Part shown: in pieces, positions 37,060 to 50,052 of the stretch
Layout of the letters: each line of letters opens with the position of its first letter
Numbering within the stretch: position 1 is the stretch's first letter
NCBI GenBank assembly: GCA_001244265.2
Contig: CDLV01000009.1
Span: 558,001-622,000, forward strand
DNA from: Microbotryum violaceum
Taxonomy: Eukaryota
DNA: 64,000 nt
Direction: 5' to 3'
Program-made: the position numbers and the translations under genes
Notes under the pieces: generated by a model
The model's database searches: none
The model's input: the letters and a program-made list of their open reading frames with translations, nothing else
Told to the model about the DNA's origin: nothing

Positions 37060-38849
37060 ATGGCAGAACCGAGACCGTCCGCAACAGACTCAAGCGCTAC
37101 TTCGGTGGCGGGAGCTTCAACTTTATCAGCGCCATCGAACCTGGCACCAGCTGTACCACCTCGGCCTCAACCTCGACCCTCCGAGGTAGCTGCTTCAGCG
37201 CGACGAGCGGCTGGGCCCTCGTCGGCTTTCAAGGTCCCGTTCTTTGCTAGTGCTGCTCAGCCTGAAATAGGTCAGTGACTGGCATGAAAGAATACTAGAT
37301 CCAATGGCATAACCTATTCTGGGGTGTTTTGCCCGCTCTTTTAGTGCGAGCGAATCAGAAGGACTTGTACTATCTCTCGCAATTAAGGGAGCGCTTCGAG
37401 GATGTTGCAAGATCATTGCTGGGTGAGGACTGGAGCATCCCGATATGATTGACAGGACAAGAAGCTGATGATTTCAATCCCACAGGTACACGGTGGCTGC
37501 AGAATTGGAATAAGGAGCTGCAGCACGGCAGTCGATTGGCCTACTTTGGGCTAACGACTTTACTAGGTCGGTCAAGGATGGACTACGCGAGGGAAAAGGC
37601 ACGCATGCTGATCATGTCATAATTGATATCCAGGCTCTCAAACCCTCGGGGAAGAGTACTGCGACATCTTGCAGTACGATGTCAAAACGCGCAAACCGGC
37701 TTCTCCTCGAGTCAGTTCCGTCGGGCACATCGGTCGAGCTTTGAATGTCACAACAAACTGACAGCTCCGTGATTTCTTTCTCGCTCCAGAAACGTGGCCT
37801 GTTGATCTCGCTCCACATCGTTTTTCCTTACGTGGCTGCTCGCTTGTACGCCGCAGCTCGGCGGCGACTAATCGCTCGGCACGAATCCATTCTTGCCGCT
37901 CGAGCGCAGGAGGATTCGCTCGATGACCTCTTTTCATCCGGCGAGGCACTACCGCCGCTCAAGAAGTCTCTATACAAGCGGATGATGGAGTCGATCGCGG
38001 CTCTTGCGGCCGAGATGCCATCATTCGAGACGTTGACCGAGGACTACCTTCGAAGCGTGCATCTTGCCGTATTTTATCTGTTTGGGCGGTACTACAACTT
38101 GAGCAAGCGGGGCGCCGGTATTCGATTCGTCAGTACCGTTGTCTTGGTATCGTTCTGACTTCATACAATGCATTACTGAGCCTGCCCTGTTCTTGATTGC
38201 AGATATCAACACAATCGCGACCAACAGGCCAAAGTGCGAGCGGCGGCGCAGTGCCGACCTCGTACGAAGTGCTCGGCGTGTTGATGGCCGTCCAGCTGGT
38301 TGTACGAACGCTACTCGCTATTCGACGACGTCGCGCCGCTCAAGATATGCAGATCAAGAAGTCGCCCGAGCGAGAGGAACGAGAGAAGCAGCAAAAGGAA
38401 GCGACAAAGAAGCGATTCTTGGTCGATGGACGGCCCTTGTCAAGTCTCGTGTTCGATCCCGACGACCCGGAACAAGCATCACCTTATCCTGATGAAGAAG
38501 AAGGGGCGGATGCGAGGGATCGGAGGTGTACGCTCTGCCTGGGAACGAGGAGGGATCCGACGGCGACCGAGTGTGGTCATGTCTGTGAGTGGCACTTGGA
38601 CCCTTGTTCTATGGCCAGCTCGACCTTGGACACGTGAAGCTCATGAAGTCTTTATGGTGTCTCTGTATCAGTCTGCTGGGAATGTGTCGTGGGCTGGGCT
38701 CGGGAAAAGGTCAGCCGAAAAACCCCTTTTTTGTTGTCGAGATTGCGAGTCAACTAAATAATTCGACTTGTATGATCTTGCAGCCGGAATGCCCGTTGTG
38801 CCGACAGTCGATTGCTTTGTCCAATTTATTGCCTTTGTATAATTTGTAA
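37060..38849 (+). CDS. PEX10: Peroxisomal RING E3 ligase Pex10
   Basis: AAQPEIVRANQKD, LTTLLGSQTLGEEYCDI, HLAVFYLFGRYYNLSKR, SYEVLGVL; RING CTLCL...TECGHVFCWEC...ECPLCRQ. Confidence 0.96.
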
Positions 38850-39037
38850 TGTTTGAGGCCGTGGCATGACGAGCTGCGAACGCATTCTCCGAGTCCGCCA
38901 GTGCAGCTGCAGTACGGTGCAGCTAGGTGAGCCTGCCCACCGCTGGGTTGCCCGAGACAGTCATCTCTGGGGACGCGCGCTCTCTGACGTCGACCACACC
39001 ACACCACACCTCGACATTCCCATTCGAGTCGACGCCG

Positions 39038-42000
39038 ATGGCACCCGTCATCAAACCCGAACCGGGCTCATCCAAAGCACGCGCCCGTACCTCCAAGGCC
39101 CGCGCCGTCGAGTCCGAAGAGGAGCAAGACACGCCCGATGCTGGACCGTCGCCGAGCGAGAATCCAAAGGCCAGGAAGCGCGCTCGTGTAGGACCTGCGG
39201 ACGCTGGTGAGGAGCACGAGCAACATCGAGGTGATGAAGAGGAGGACAAGAAGCCTCTACGCAACGGTGTCAAGTTCGAGAAGACGTCGGAGACGGATGA
39301 TGCTGGGTGAGTTTGACACGGTCCACTCAGACTCCACCGTCACGCGACGCACCAGACCCAGGGAGAGAGAGCAGGCTAGACCAGCTATCAGCTGTCTCCC
39401 CATGGTCGGATCTCATGTTTCATGTAGCTTCCTACGCGTCCTTACGATCGTGGGGGGTTGGACTTGCTGGCGATATTCTGCTCGAGCTGACCTCCTATTC
39501 TGACCTCTTGCTCACAGCTACGTGGTTGGCTCGATCGTTCGCATCAAGTGCCAGGCCTTCGTCACGTACGACTCTGTCGAATTCCGTCCAGGACCAGCCC
39601 TGAACATGATCCTTGGCAAGTTCATACCCTCCTTGCTGCGAATGCGCCCATTCACGATTGAGCTCCTGCAGGAATATCGCTCATTGCCTCTCACCGTGCG
39701 GAAGTCCTACAGGCCCGAACGGAACCGGAAAGAGCACAATCGCATGTGCGATTGCCATTGGGCTTGGATTCCCGGCAAAAGTGCGTACACGAGAGACTAA
39801 GCGTTTGCGCGACGGGCTCGGAGGCACTGAACATTTCCATCGCGGTCTCTAGGTACTCGGTCGTGCGTCAAAGTTGTCCGAGTTTTGCAAGAAAGACTCC
39901 AGCAAAGACACGTGGATTGAAATCGAGCTTAAGGCTCCCAGGGGCTCGAGGAACCTTGTCATCCGTCGATACCTGAGTCGCACCGACGAGCGCTCAAGTT
40001 TCCAGATCAACGGTGAGTCCTAGATGAAAGAAATGGCTATCGCGTAAGCCGTTTTCTGATCATTGCTCGCTCGCATGTCGTGTCCGGCTCATCAGGGAGT
40101 GAAACGACGGCAAAGGAGGTCAATGAGCGCATGAGCAACCTCGGAGTGCAGATCGGCAATCTTTGGCAAGTCCCAAAGACGATACATGCGTTTCGGAGTC
40201 GAGCACTGACCGCTCATTGGACCGTGGCATCCGCAGTACCTTCCTGCCGCAAGACCGTGTCGCCGCCTTCTCACAGATGTCCAGCGTCGAGTTGCTGCGC
40301 GAGACAGAGAAAGCAGCGGGGGATGATCAACTGAGCGATTGGCACGATCTTCTGGTTGAGGAGTACGCCAATCAAAAGAAGCTGCTCTCCGTGCGTTCTT
40401 GAGCGTCGCAATGTGGCCTCACCAAACCGCTTTCTTTGCGATCGTTTCTCTGCTAAAGAGGTGGCCCGTCGGATTTTTCTTCTATAGGAGGTCGACCGAC
40501 ACGGCGAAGTGCTGAAGCGCAAAGAGTCAAAGCAAGCCGAGAACGAAAAGGAGGTGCGACAGTTTGAGGAGCGCGAGCGAGTCGAGCAGGAGCTCGTCGT
40601 CATCTCGCTGTTGCTTCAGTACGCCCACTACAACGACACGTACTCGCAGTGGGGTCAAGTCAAGGAGAACCGCAACCAGGCTGAGGGCGAGCTGGCGGAG
40701 CTGATCGAGCAGAACCGCCCCTTCAAGGACAGCCAAGAGTGCGTTCGATCAGGTATAAATCTTAAAGGGCTGCGCTGCGCTGACGCTGCCCCCGTGGGCC
40801 TTCTCCGACAGAGCTCTGATGAGCGCGGTTGCCGAGTACGGAAAGCTAGGCGAGATGGCTCAGACGAAGAAGCGCAAGCTCGAGAAGAAAATCAAGGATA
40901 GCATGGGTTTGGTTGATAAAGCAGTGCGTCTCTGAACTTGACATGATACTGTTGAGGCTGCGCTGACGTAGTATCCGATCTGGCGCGTCGTGCAGGCGAA
41001 GACTCTCGTCAAGACGAAGGAAGAACTCGACAATCTGCGCGCTGACGACCGCACGCGCAAGTCGACCATCATCCGAACTGAGAAGGATATCAACAAGATC
41101 GAACGCGAGCTCGAAAAACCAGAAGAAACCGTCGACTTCTCCGAGATCGATGCAAAGCTCGTAAGTGGCTAGTGGAGGGCAGACTGGCCGAGTTGATCTT
41201 GCGCAGACGGGCTAAGATGACGTCTGCTTCGGCTTGACCAGATCGAAAAGCGCAACGAGATCAACGAGATCAAGGACCGGGCCGCCCAGGCCGACGCGCC
41301 CAAAGAGGACTTCGAGCGACAGGTTCATCAGTGCGATAGGGAGATCGCTCTACAAGATAAAAAGTCCGTTTCAATGCTGCCGCCCAGTACGCGTGGTCCT
41401 TGAGCGACCAGCTTATCTTCTCTCTTCCTCCTTCCGTAATCTCGTGATCTCTTCTAGGTTGAAGAACTTGAACAACATCAAGAATCAACGCGAGGAAGCT
41501 TTGAGGAAATATGAACCCGACACCTGGAAGGCCGTCGAATGGCTCCGTACGACCCAACACAAGTTCAAGGGTAAAGTGTACGAGCCGCCACGCCTCACTC
41601 TTTTCATCAAACATGGCCATGAACAACACGCCAACTTGATCGAGGAGCCGATTGCTTTGCATGTGTTCAAGGTCGGTCCCCATTCGGCGGCGACGATGTC
41701 GCCCGTGTTGCTCACCTGACCACACGAGTCGTGACTTTTCTACTTGTACCGGGTCGCCCAGAACTTTTTGTTTGAGGAACGAGAAGACTACGACTACTTC
41801 ATGCGCGAAGTCAATGACAAGGTTCAGGCGAACGGCACCCGAATCCAAGCGAACGGTCAGGAGATCGGCAAGGACTACACTCGCGAGAGATACCCCGCGC
41901 AGTTCAATAAGGAGCAGGTACGCTGCCTCGCATTATGCTTCTATACACCGAAATCTGGCATCTCTGACCCGTTTAAATATCTCGCTGCCCCATGCAGCTC

Positions 42001-44172
42001 GCCGAAATGGGCTTTGACGCCTTCACCACCGATCTTCTCGAAGGACCTGAAGCTGTTCTTACTTGGCTTTCGAAGGATCTCGGCTACGGCTCCATCGTAC
42101 GTTATCACTGCAACCTTGCCGATAATTGCAGCTGATGACCCTGCTCAATATGCCGGCGCGAACAGCCCCTTCAACTCACGAAGCGCGACGTCAACTATGA
42201 TGCATCCCGAAAATACCAGTGTCGCAAGTGGGTAACGCAAGAAGGCTCTTTCACCATCACGCACTCGAGGTATGGCCGCAAGGAATCGCAGATCGAACAA
42301 CGCAGCCTCGGCACCGCGAAGGTTTTGATTGGCGCAAGTAAGTCGAGCGAGCTCTGTGTCCGTTTGCGGCTTCGAGGAAAAGAGGTTGTTGTTGATGTGC
42401 CCCTAATTTTAATATAGGCGACGTGTCGGGTGTTCAGGAAATCACTGCCCGCACGGCTGATGCTACAAGCCGACGCGATGAGGCAGTTCGCAGCCTCGCC
42501 AAGATTAACGCCAAACTCGCTGATCTTGATCGACAGCGTCATACTCTGGATGAAGAGAAGGTTAGTGACTGTGCGATCGGCCTTGTCCGCTTGATTTTCT
42601 TTCTTGATTTGGCTGACCATGTTTCCTCGCGTGCCCACAGAAAGCATTACAGGGTCAAAAGACCAAGATGGAGGACAAGAAGAAGCAACGGGCCAAGCTC
42701 GTGGCAAAGCGAGGTACGTCGGCCTTATGACTCGGCGAGCATACGAGTGTTCTCCTGCTTACAGCGCGGCATCGCATTTTCTTTGTACAGAGGTGCTCGT
42801 CAGCCAGCTCAAGCGTGAAAAGGCCAAGCCGACGAGCGAACAGAAACGAGCGCAGCTGCGCGGCAGAATGTCGGAGCAGATTGAGAAGCACCTTGCCGCC
42901 GTGTCGAAGCACAACATGTGGACGACGAAGCTCGTTAGCTCGCAAGTCGCAGCGGCAGGCCTTGCGATCCGCCAGATGCAGGTCGACAACGACTTGAAGG
43001 CGATGAATGATTCGGCCAACGCCCAGGATGTCGCATTGACAGAGAAGCGACAGGAGGTCGATGAACGTAAGTCTAACGATGGAACGATGAATGGTTACGA
43101 GCCCCGTAGAGGCGATCACCGATACAGCGGAACTGAGCACTGAATTGGTCCGGCACTCGTCCCGAAACACAGTCAAAGCCCGGGTGAAGGAGCTGTACCG
43201 ATCCGCCAAAGCTATGCATGCAGCTGCCGACCGCGACTTGGAAGCCGCCAGCGAGGACATTAAGCTGGCGGTTGATGAAGCACGCCAACAGGGACAGATT
43301 GAGACGGAGCAACTAATGACGCGCCACGCCGAGGCCGAGGCCAAGCTCAACGTGACGGTCGCCATCAGTCCCGAGATTGTGAAGCGATACAAGGAGGGCA
43401 AAGCCGAGGTGGAGCGCCTGCGCTCGACGCTCGAGGGCAGCCAAGCGAGCCTCGCCACCTCGACCGAGCGACTCCAAGCCGTGCACGGGGTGTGGCTGCC
43501 GGCGCTCGAGGAGCTCGTCGAACGCATCTGCACGGGCTTCCGCGCCGCGTTCGATAATCTCGGCCTGTTGGGAGAAATTCGCCTCGCCAAGGACGACGAC
43601 TACGCCAAGTGGGGCATCGAGATCCTCGTCTCGTTCCGAGACAATGAGCCGCTCAAGGTTTTGACGGCGCATCGTCAGTCGGGAGGAGAACGCGCCTTGA
43701 CGACGGTCATGTACCTGATGTCGCTTGCCGAGCTCGCCAAGGCCCCTTTCGCCCTCGTCGACGAAATCAATCAAGGTATGGATCAGCGCGTGGAGCGAAA
43801 CGTCCACAATGCGCTCGTCAGGACGACGTCGAAGCCGGATGTCGGCCAGTACTTTTTGCTCACACCAAAGTCAGTCTTGCCTCGACCGAGTTTCGGTGTG
43901 CTTGATCACTTTCCGAGAAGAGCTGACCAGAGATGGTGTTCTCTCCCGCAGGCTTCTCCCGGATCTGCAATACCATCCTACGATGAAGGTGTTGGTCATC
44001 AAGTGAGTTGTGCTGGGTCTCCTCCGCCTCACCAGTAACAAGCTGTTTACTAACCTTTGTCAACATTTGAACCCAATCTAGCTCTGGTCCGTGGCTTCCG
44101 CCGACAGGACAGCTCTCGCTCGCCAAGATCGTCAAGGATCGCAGACGTCGCATCGCGAATCGCTCATTGTAG
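39038..44172 (+). CDS. SMC5: Structural maintenance of chromosomes protein Smc5
   Basis: FVTYD, LNMILGPNGTGKSTIACAIAIGLG (Walker A), NLCTFLPQDRV, long coiled coils, LTAHRQSGGER, LVDEINQGMD, QYFLLTPK. Confidence 0.96.
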
Positions 44173-44253
44173 ACAGGATCCGCCCCTTTTTCGTCTTCTT
44201 CTTATATAGTTACATGGAGTGATTTCTTTCGATTCGCCAACATGGTTTTGGTA

Positions 44254-45657
44254 CTACGAAGAATTGAGCAATACGAGCAGCTGTTTCGCTCTTGTCCTCG
44301 CTTGGCCCAAGCACGCTTTGAGAATCTCGACCGAAGACTTTGACCCCGTCGCACCACTTTGTTGCACTTGCAGTAGCCGCGACGACGATGCCGAGACGGT
44401 GATGGAGATTTGAGACGTGCATAGCTGCGATTCGAATAGTGTAGGATCGGGAAGGAGGTCACTGTCGGTGTGAAAGGGCTTTTCTGTGAGCTTTTAGAGG
44501 ATCCGACACCCGCTGACGCCGGAAACGGGACTAACTCTTCATAGAGACCGAAAGAAAGTGTCAAGGGTATTGTCTCTGCCAGCTGGAGTGCACGTCCAGG
44601 CTCTTCATCCGAGATGGGTTCGCATATCGTGCTCAAGGTATCCACGTCCCACGTAGCTTGAGGGAGTTTCACTGTCGCATAAAGGTCAAACTCAATGTCA
44701 AAAAATGGGCGTCGTCACGGGTAAAGAACGGTGCGGATGAAGGAGCGTACGATTCCGTAATGCGGCTACGGCGGCTAGTACGCTGGCATCCAGTACGCTG
44801 CCGTCGTAGTTGAGGCAGATGAGGTCGAGGTAGATGACCCAGGCGGCTTTGGAACGTTCAATGCAGAGCGAGTCGAGCGGAACATAGTTTGACCTGGTGG
44901 GCGGGGGCCAAATGTATGCGCGTGAGTCACACTTCACAAAGCGAGGAAACGAAAGGGACATCTACTCACGATAAAAGGGTGTCACGTAGTCGTGAAGAGA
45001 GCACTTGAGCTTCATCGGCTGGCGGTCCCGGTCGGAAGAGGGACGAACACAGGGGAGGCAGATCGATATTCGGCACTGGAATTTTCAGGAAAGCGTACGA
45101 GCGGTGAGTTCATTACGTTAGCGAATAGGAGCACTCTCTTCGGTCTTGCCTTGACCCACCTATGAATCCATGTGTTGGTGTGGCCATGTCGGGCGGTGCG
45201 ATTTCGAGTGTGATGCCACACACGACTGTCGTCTTGCCGAGTCGGACCAGGGCCGAGGAAGGCGCTGTTGCGATCGAGCCTGCAAAGAACAAAGGACGGT
45301 CGGTTGGAGTGAGATGAGCGACTGAATTCGAGCGTTTGATCGCACACATGATCCCTTGGTCTCCGGTTTCCATTGCATTGGATGCCTCTGAGCTCGTTCC
45401 GGAGGAGCCAGCTCGGCTAGTACGCTCCTTCGCCAGACTCGGGACCAAGTGAACCAAGCGTCGCTCCAAAACATCTTACCGATATTGATGCTCGCATCCC
45501 TCCAGGCTGCATGTTCGTGATCAAGCGGTCGCCCATCGGGGCGCAGTCGTTCCTGCAGGAAGCGCTCGAGGTACGGCTTGGGGTGCAGTCGCTTGAAGAG
45601 CGCCGGGGTCAAGGACGACGGTCCAGCCAAGGCGTTGGCTTCGTTTTCGATCGACAT
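44254..45657 (-). CDS. RRP43: Exosome core RNase PH-like subunit Rrp43
   Basis: [14 protein letters not shown]...[76 protein letters not shown]. Confidence 0.92.
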
Positions 45658-45891
45658 GCTGTAGCGCAGGCTGGAGGGGTTCGCGGAGGTGTGATGAGCT
45701 GAGAGCGAAAGCAAGCGCGGAGGCGACGAGCACGGACCCGGACTGGCGCCTCTTCGCAGCCTAATCGCCCCCGCGAGTGTCCCCCACGTGATGCCGGCCG
45801 GCCTTGCTCCCTCTCCCCCTCTCTCCCTCTTGCTCGCTCCGACTATTCATCCCCTCGCGTGCTCTGGTGGGCCTGCATCGAGCTATGTACA

Positions 45892-47171
45892 ATGTCTAGT
45901 ACATCGGGCGACGATCACGTCCAAAGTCCAAATCCCACCCAGTCTCGCGATGTATGGCGTCCACCCAACGAGCGCAAGCGAGATCGCGATGCCCCACCCC
46001 CGATCCCATCCATCTACGAGCTTCTCCCCTCCTTGCCTCAACTCGCACCGGCGACCCAGACGCTCTCCGGCAAGCACCAACGCAGCACTGAAATGCGCAA
46101 GCTCGAGCACCTTGCCCGCGTGTTCGACATCGGACCCGCGGCGGACGCTTTGACGCGGCACCTCGAGGCAGAGGCCAAGCGATTGCACCAAATCCACTCG
46201 GCCGTGCGCAAGAGCGCCCCCAAGTATGCGCGCACGCGAAGCGGAACCTCGGGGGAGAACGAGACCGACCAGGATGGCTTGAGCAGGAACGACGAGACCG
46301 AAGCGCGCGATGGGGGCGACGAACAATCCGATACCGCAGCGCCGTCCGGCGGCGTCGGGTCTCCGGAGAAGGCGCGCAAGAGAGCCAAGCCCCAGTCGCG
46401 GACCTGGAGCAAAAGAAGGAGATTGGCAATTCCCAATGTGCCCAAGGTGGACGATGTGAATGTCCGAGTACCGCCAGGTGAGCCTTGGCACACCAGACTC
46501 GGAGCAGACGTGCCGCAGCTGATGATAGATTGAAACTCTTTGCCCGTCCGCTCAAGATTTTCCCTCAGGGGTAGGCCACAACAGCCCCACTGGCGTTGGA
46601 CTGATATATTGCGATCGCTGAGACAAGGTCACCGCTTCCTTTTGTCTACAGTCTCTTCTCTCGAGCCTCCATTCTCACGTCTCTCGCCGGCTTGCCGCAT
46701 CGTACAACATCGTCCTGCCTCTCACCATCAACGAGCCCTTTCAGTCTCCGTCGGTGCTACAACACTTTGAGGAGCTCCACGCCGACGAGTTTGCGTCCGA
46801 GGAACGCTGCTTTGAGATGGCCAGCGAAAGACAGTGGAAAAAGTTCAAAAAGGCGTTGCGCGCCAATCCATTGTCGACGTCGCAGAAAGTGGTCGGATGG
46901 AAGAAGGAGTGGAGGAATGCGGATCGAGCTTTCGAAGATTCGGCGCTCGTCGCCATGGGTCAGTTCACGACGACACGGTGCACTTCCGTGGCCTTCATTG
47001 ACCCGAGTCGCATCTCTGATGACTTTATTTTGGGATACCATAGGGATCTTGTTGAAATTACACGCTCGCGACCTGTGTCAAAACCCGGAACGAATCATGG
47101 CGCTCTCGGCAACATCGGACGCGGAGACCGACGACGACCCACCCAGTGTACCCTGCTCTGTCGCGGCCTAG
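45892..47171 (+). CDS. Conserved fungal protein, Rrn10 (Pol I UAF subunit)-like C-terminal motifs
   Basis: Spliced model with LLSSLHSHVSR and AFEDSALVAMGILLKLH, resembling the Rrn10-type LHyyAS...FDETsLiaLGlL motifs; head-to-head with RRP43. Confidence 0.5.
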
Positions 47172-47938
47172 AACCTCGGCTTACCGCTACACCCGTTGTC
47201 GCAACTACCCGAGCAACGTATGTCACAACCCAAGAATCGCAAAATATTCGCCGACGAGCATGGACAAGAAGAGCGAGCCCAATGGGGACGAAAAATCGGG
47301 CCAGGGTGCTATGTGTCAAGCTGAAGCAGGGACTAAACCCTCGCTACGAGGCTCCGCCGAGCCGGCCCGAGCGGAGGGCGTGAGATGCGGTTCAAATCCG
47401 GCTACGTCGAGAGGGAGCTGTGTATCCGCTCTAAACGTTAGCTCAATCAGACCAATGACGTGGTGACTCAAGTCTAATAAGGTTTGTTGAATTTGCTGGA
47501 GCTTGACCGGGTCTGCGAGTCCATTCACGACCCAATGGGTGTTCAACGCGAGGGGAACAAGCAGTATGGCACTTCTTGTTGGGACTGGTATGTGACGGGA
47601 AATACTCGACATTGCAAGAAGAAAGCATTTGCTGTGTACTGAGAAAATGAAGAGGACGGTGTCTTCGGTACTTGGAGTCTTCGTTCATGAATCCTGCAAT
47701 AATGAGTAGTAATGCGCCGTCAGATGCGTCCCGGAGAACTTGAAGCTCGAGCCAAATACTCACAATATGCATCCTCTGCTCCTCGTCCCGGGGTGGGTTC
47801 TGTACGCCTGGTGTCGGGATCTCCTCTCCATCGCCGGCTCGTTCGCGGGGTTCGTGACGTCCACGCTTGCTCGGCGAGCCATCATGTTCGTTCCGCTCTC
47901 TCGCAAACGTGTTGTTCGTAGTGTTAGCGTCAGGGTCG

Positions 47939-48287
47939 TTGGAACGTTGTAGGCGAGTTACTGTTGTTGGAAGATGCGATTAGCGTTTTAGGTTCGATTG
48001 GTGAAGAGCGTGCTGATACGAAAGCTGCGCGTCCTTTGCTACCTGTCTCACTCCTTCAGGCTCCTGCTCAAGGTCGTGGTATTCGGGGCGTGCGCTTTGT
48101 CCCCACCCCAAGCCGGACAGTTCGGAACACCACAATATCATAAGCAGGGAGCTTGTAGGGACGAGACAGGCAGCCAAGGACGCGCAGATGTTGAATTTGC
48201 CCAACTGCCATGTTCACCAATCGAACCTGCAGATCCAAAACGCGAATCCCATCGTACAACAACAACAACCCGCCCACAATGCTCCAA
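47939..48287. repeat. Diverged inverted repeat (arms ~47939-48093 and ~48125-48287)
   Basis: Shared blocks such as TTCACCAATCGAACCT and GAGACAGGyAGCmAAGGACGCGCAG in opposite orientations. Confidence 0.75.
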
Positions 48288-48523
48288 AGGTTGGTAAGGA
48301 ATTTTTTTCCTTTAACTTCTCACACGTTCCCGACTCTTTACATTTTTATTTGTCTTTTTTTGTCCTGCTTTTTGATTAATCAAAAAAGACAAAGAAAAAG
48401 AGTCGGGCTAAGATAAAAAAATCTAAAGTGATGGGAACAAGAGTCGGGGGTTTCATTTTCAATCAAAGCAGACCACATGACCCTGCTTCCCGAAGCAGAC
48501 TAAGACGATCTGTTTTGCCGCCC

Positions 48524-49929
48524 GCGAGGCTGCTCGCGCACCTCCTCCTCCGCACAACCTGACTCCCGCTCTAATCGCACAGACGCCGCCGCCCACAACC
48601 TGGAACAATCGCAGATCCAAAGCCCAGCGGCAACGACGCCTTCGCGAGCAGCAGGCGAAATCGATCAACACGACGTCGCGCCAACTGAATCGTCAAGCCA
48701 ACTGCACAGGCAGCAGGCAATCCCAATGTCGCACGGCAAGTGCGACGGGCCCGCAGTCCTTCACTTCCGGGCTTGAGATTCGTTCGTCCACGCTTTGAAG
48801 CAGTTACAGACCTCTCTCGCGTCGCCGGTTCAAGTACAGACGCAACTGCGACTTCAGCCACTATTGTCGTCGATCGACGGACGCCAACGCCGCAAAAGAG
48901 AGCGATCGAGCCAGACCGTTCCAACTGCGCTGCTGCAGTTGCCAGAAAGGCCTGTTCCCTGGCACGATCTCGAATCAATGACGTTGCAATGTCCGATCTG
49001 TTCGGCTCTACACGGGGAGTTCGAAAATCACCGACCCCAGGCAGCGCCACAAAAGACTGGGTCGTTTGCTGGGGCTGATGCTAGCTTGCCGATACGGTGA
49101 AATACATTCCGCTCAAGTAGAAAGATGGTGGCCCGGAGCCGCTGATGATGCCATGGCCTTTGCTCGTGCCGTAGCAAGGTTTTCGTTGAATACAAGAATG
49201 CGGTCCCGGAAGGTCTTCTGAACTGTTCCACGGATAGTCAGCAAGGCCGTTAGTCCGCTGTACTCATTCTAGCAAGTTGAACGAATCGACGTGTACTAAC
49301 CTGGGCCATCGTCAGTCAGAAGCGCGAGCAGCTCGGGCGGGGGCTTTTCGATCCCGGGCACTCGGAACTTGCCGTCCGCGCAACAGATTTTGAACGGTGT
49401 GGCGCTGCCTGGGGTCGGTGATTTTCGACCTCCCAGTGTAGAGCCGAACAGATCGGACATTGCAACGTCATTGATTCGAGATCGTGCCGGGGAACAGGAC
49501 TTTCTGGCAACGGCAGCAGCGCAGTTGGAACGGTCTGGCTCGATCGCTCTCTTTCGCGTTGGCGTCGTTGACGCTGCGCCGCGGATCGTCGATCGACGAC
49601 AATAGTGGCTGAAGTCGCAGTTGCGTCTGTACTTGAACCGGCGACGCGAGAGAGGTCTGTAACTGCTTCAAAGCGTGGACGAACGAATCTCAAGCCCGGA
49701 AGTGAAGGACTGCGGGCCCGTCGCACTTGCCGTGCGACATTGGGATTGCCTGCTGCCTGTGCAGTTGGCTTGACGATTCAGTTGGCGCGACGTCGTGTTG
49801 ATCGATTTCGCCTGCTGCTCGCGAAGGCGTCGTTGCCGCTGGATCTGCGATTGTTCGAGGTTGTTGGTGGCGGCATCTGTGCGATTAGAGCGCGAGTCGG
49901 GTTGTGCGGAGGAGCGCGAGCAGCCTCGC
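48524..49929. repeat. Long inverted repeat: arms ~48524-49051 and ~49398-49929, ~350-bp spacer
   Basis: Near-identical arms; ORFs 48740(+) and 49726(-) share their first 47 residues. Confidence 0.95.
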
Positions 49930-50052
49930 TGGCGGAGACTGGCGGAGGCCGGCGGGTGGCAGCTGGCTGCGCGCTCAGCTCAAGTCACGCTGCCGACGTC
50001 TCTGCTGCCCCTCTAGGAATCAGAGTCTTCGAGCAGACGCGAGGTAGTCCAT
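49051..50052 (-). mobile_element. Helitron Rep/helicase N-terminal fragment (degenerate, with one intron)
   Basis: RHDLESMTLQCPICSALHWEVE; FKICCADGKFRVPGIEKPPPELLALLT|intron|QKTFRDRILVFNENLA; GSGPPSFYLSG; NVFHRIGKL, in the order typical of the Helitron N-terminal region. Confidence 0.8.

Noticed and set aside
42655-43807. Long antisense ORFs (e.g. 311 aa opposite SMC5; similar ones opposite PTR2, VID27, CHS5)
   Set aside because: Shadow ORFs expected from GC-rich codon usage on the coding strand.
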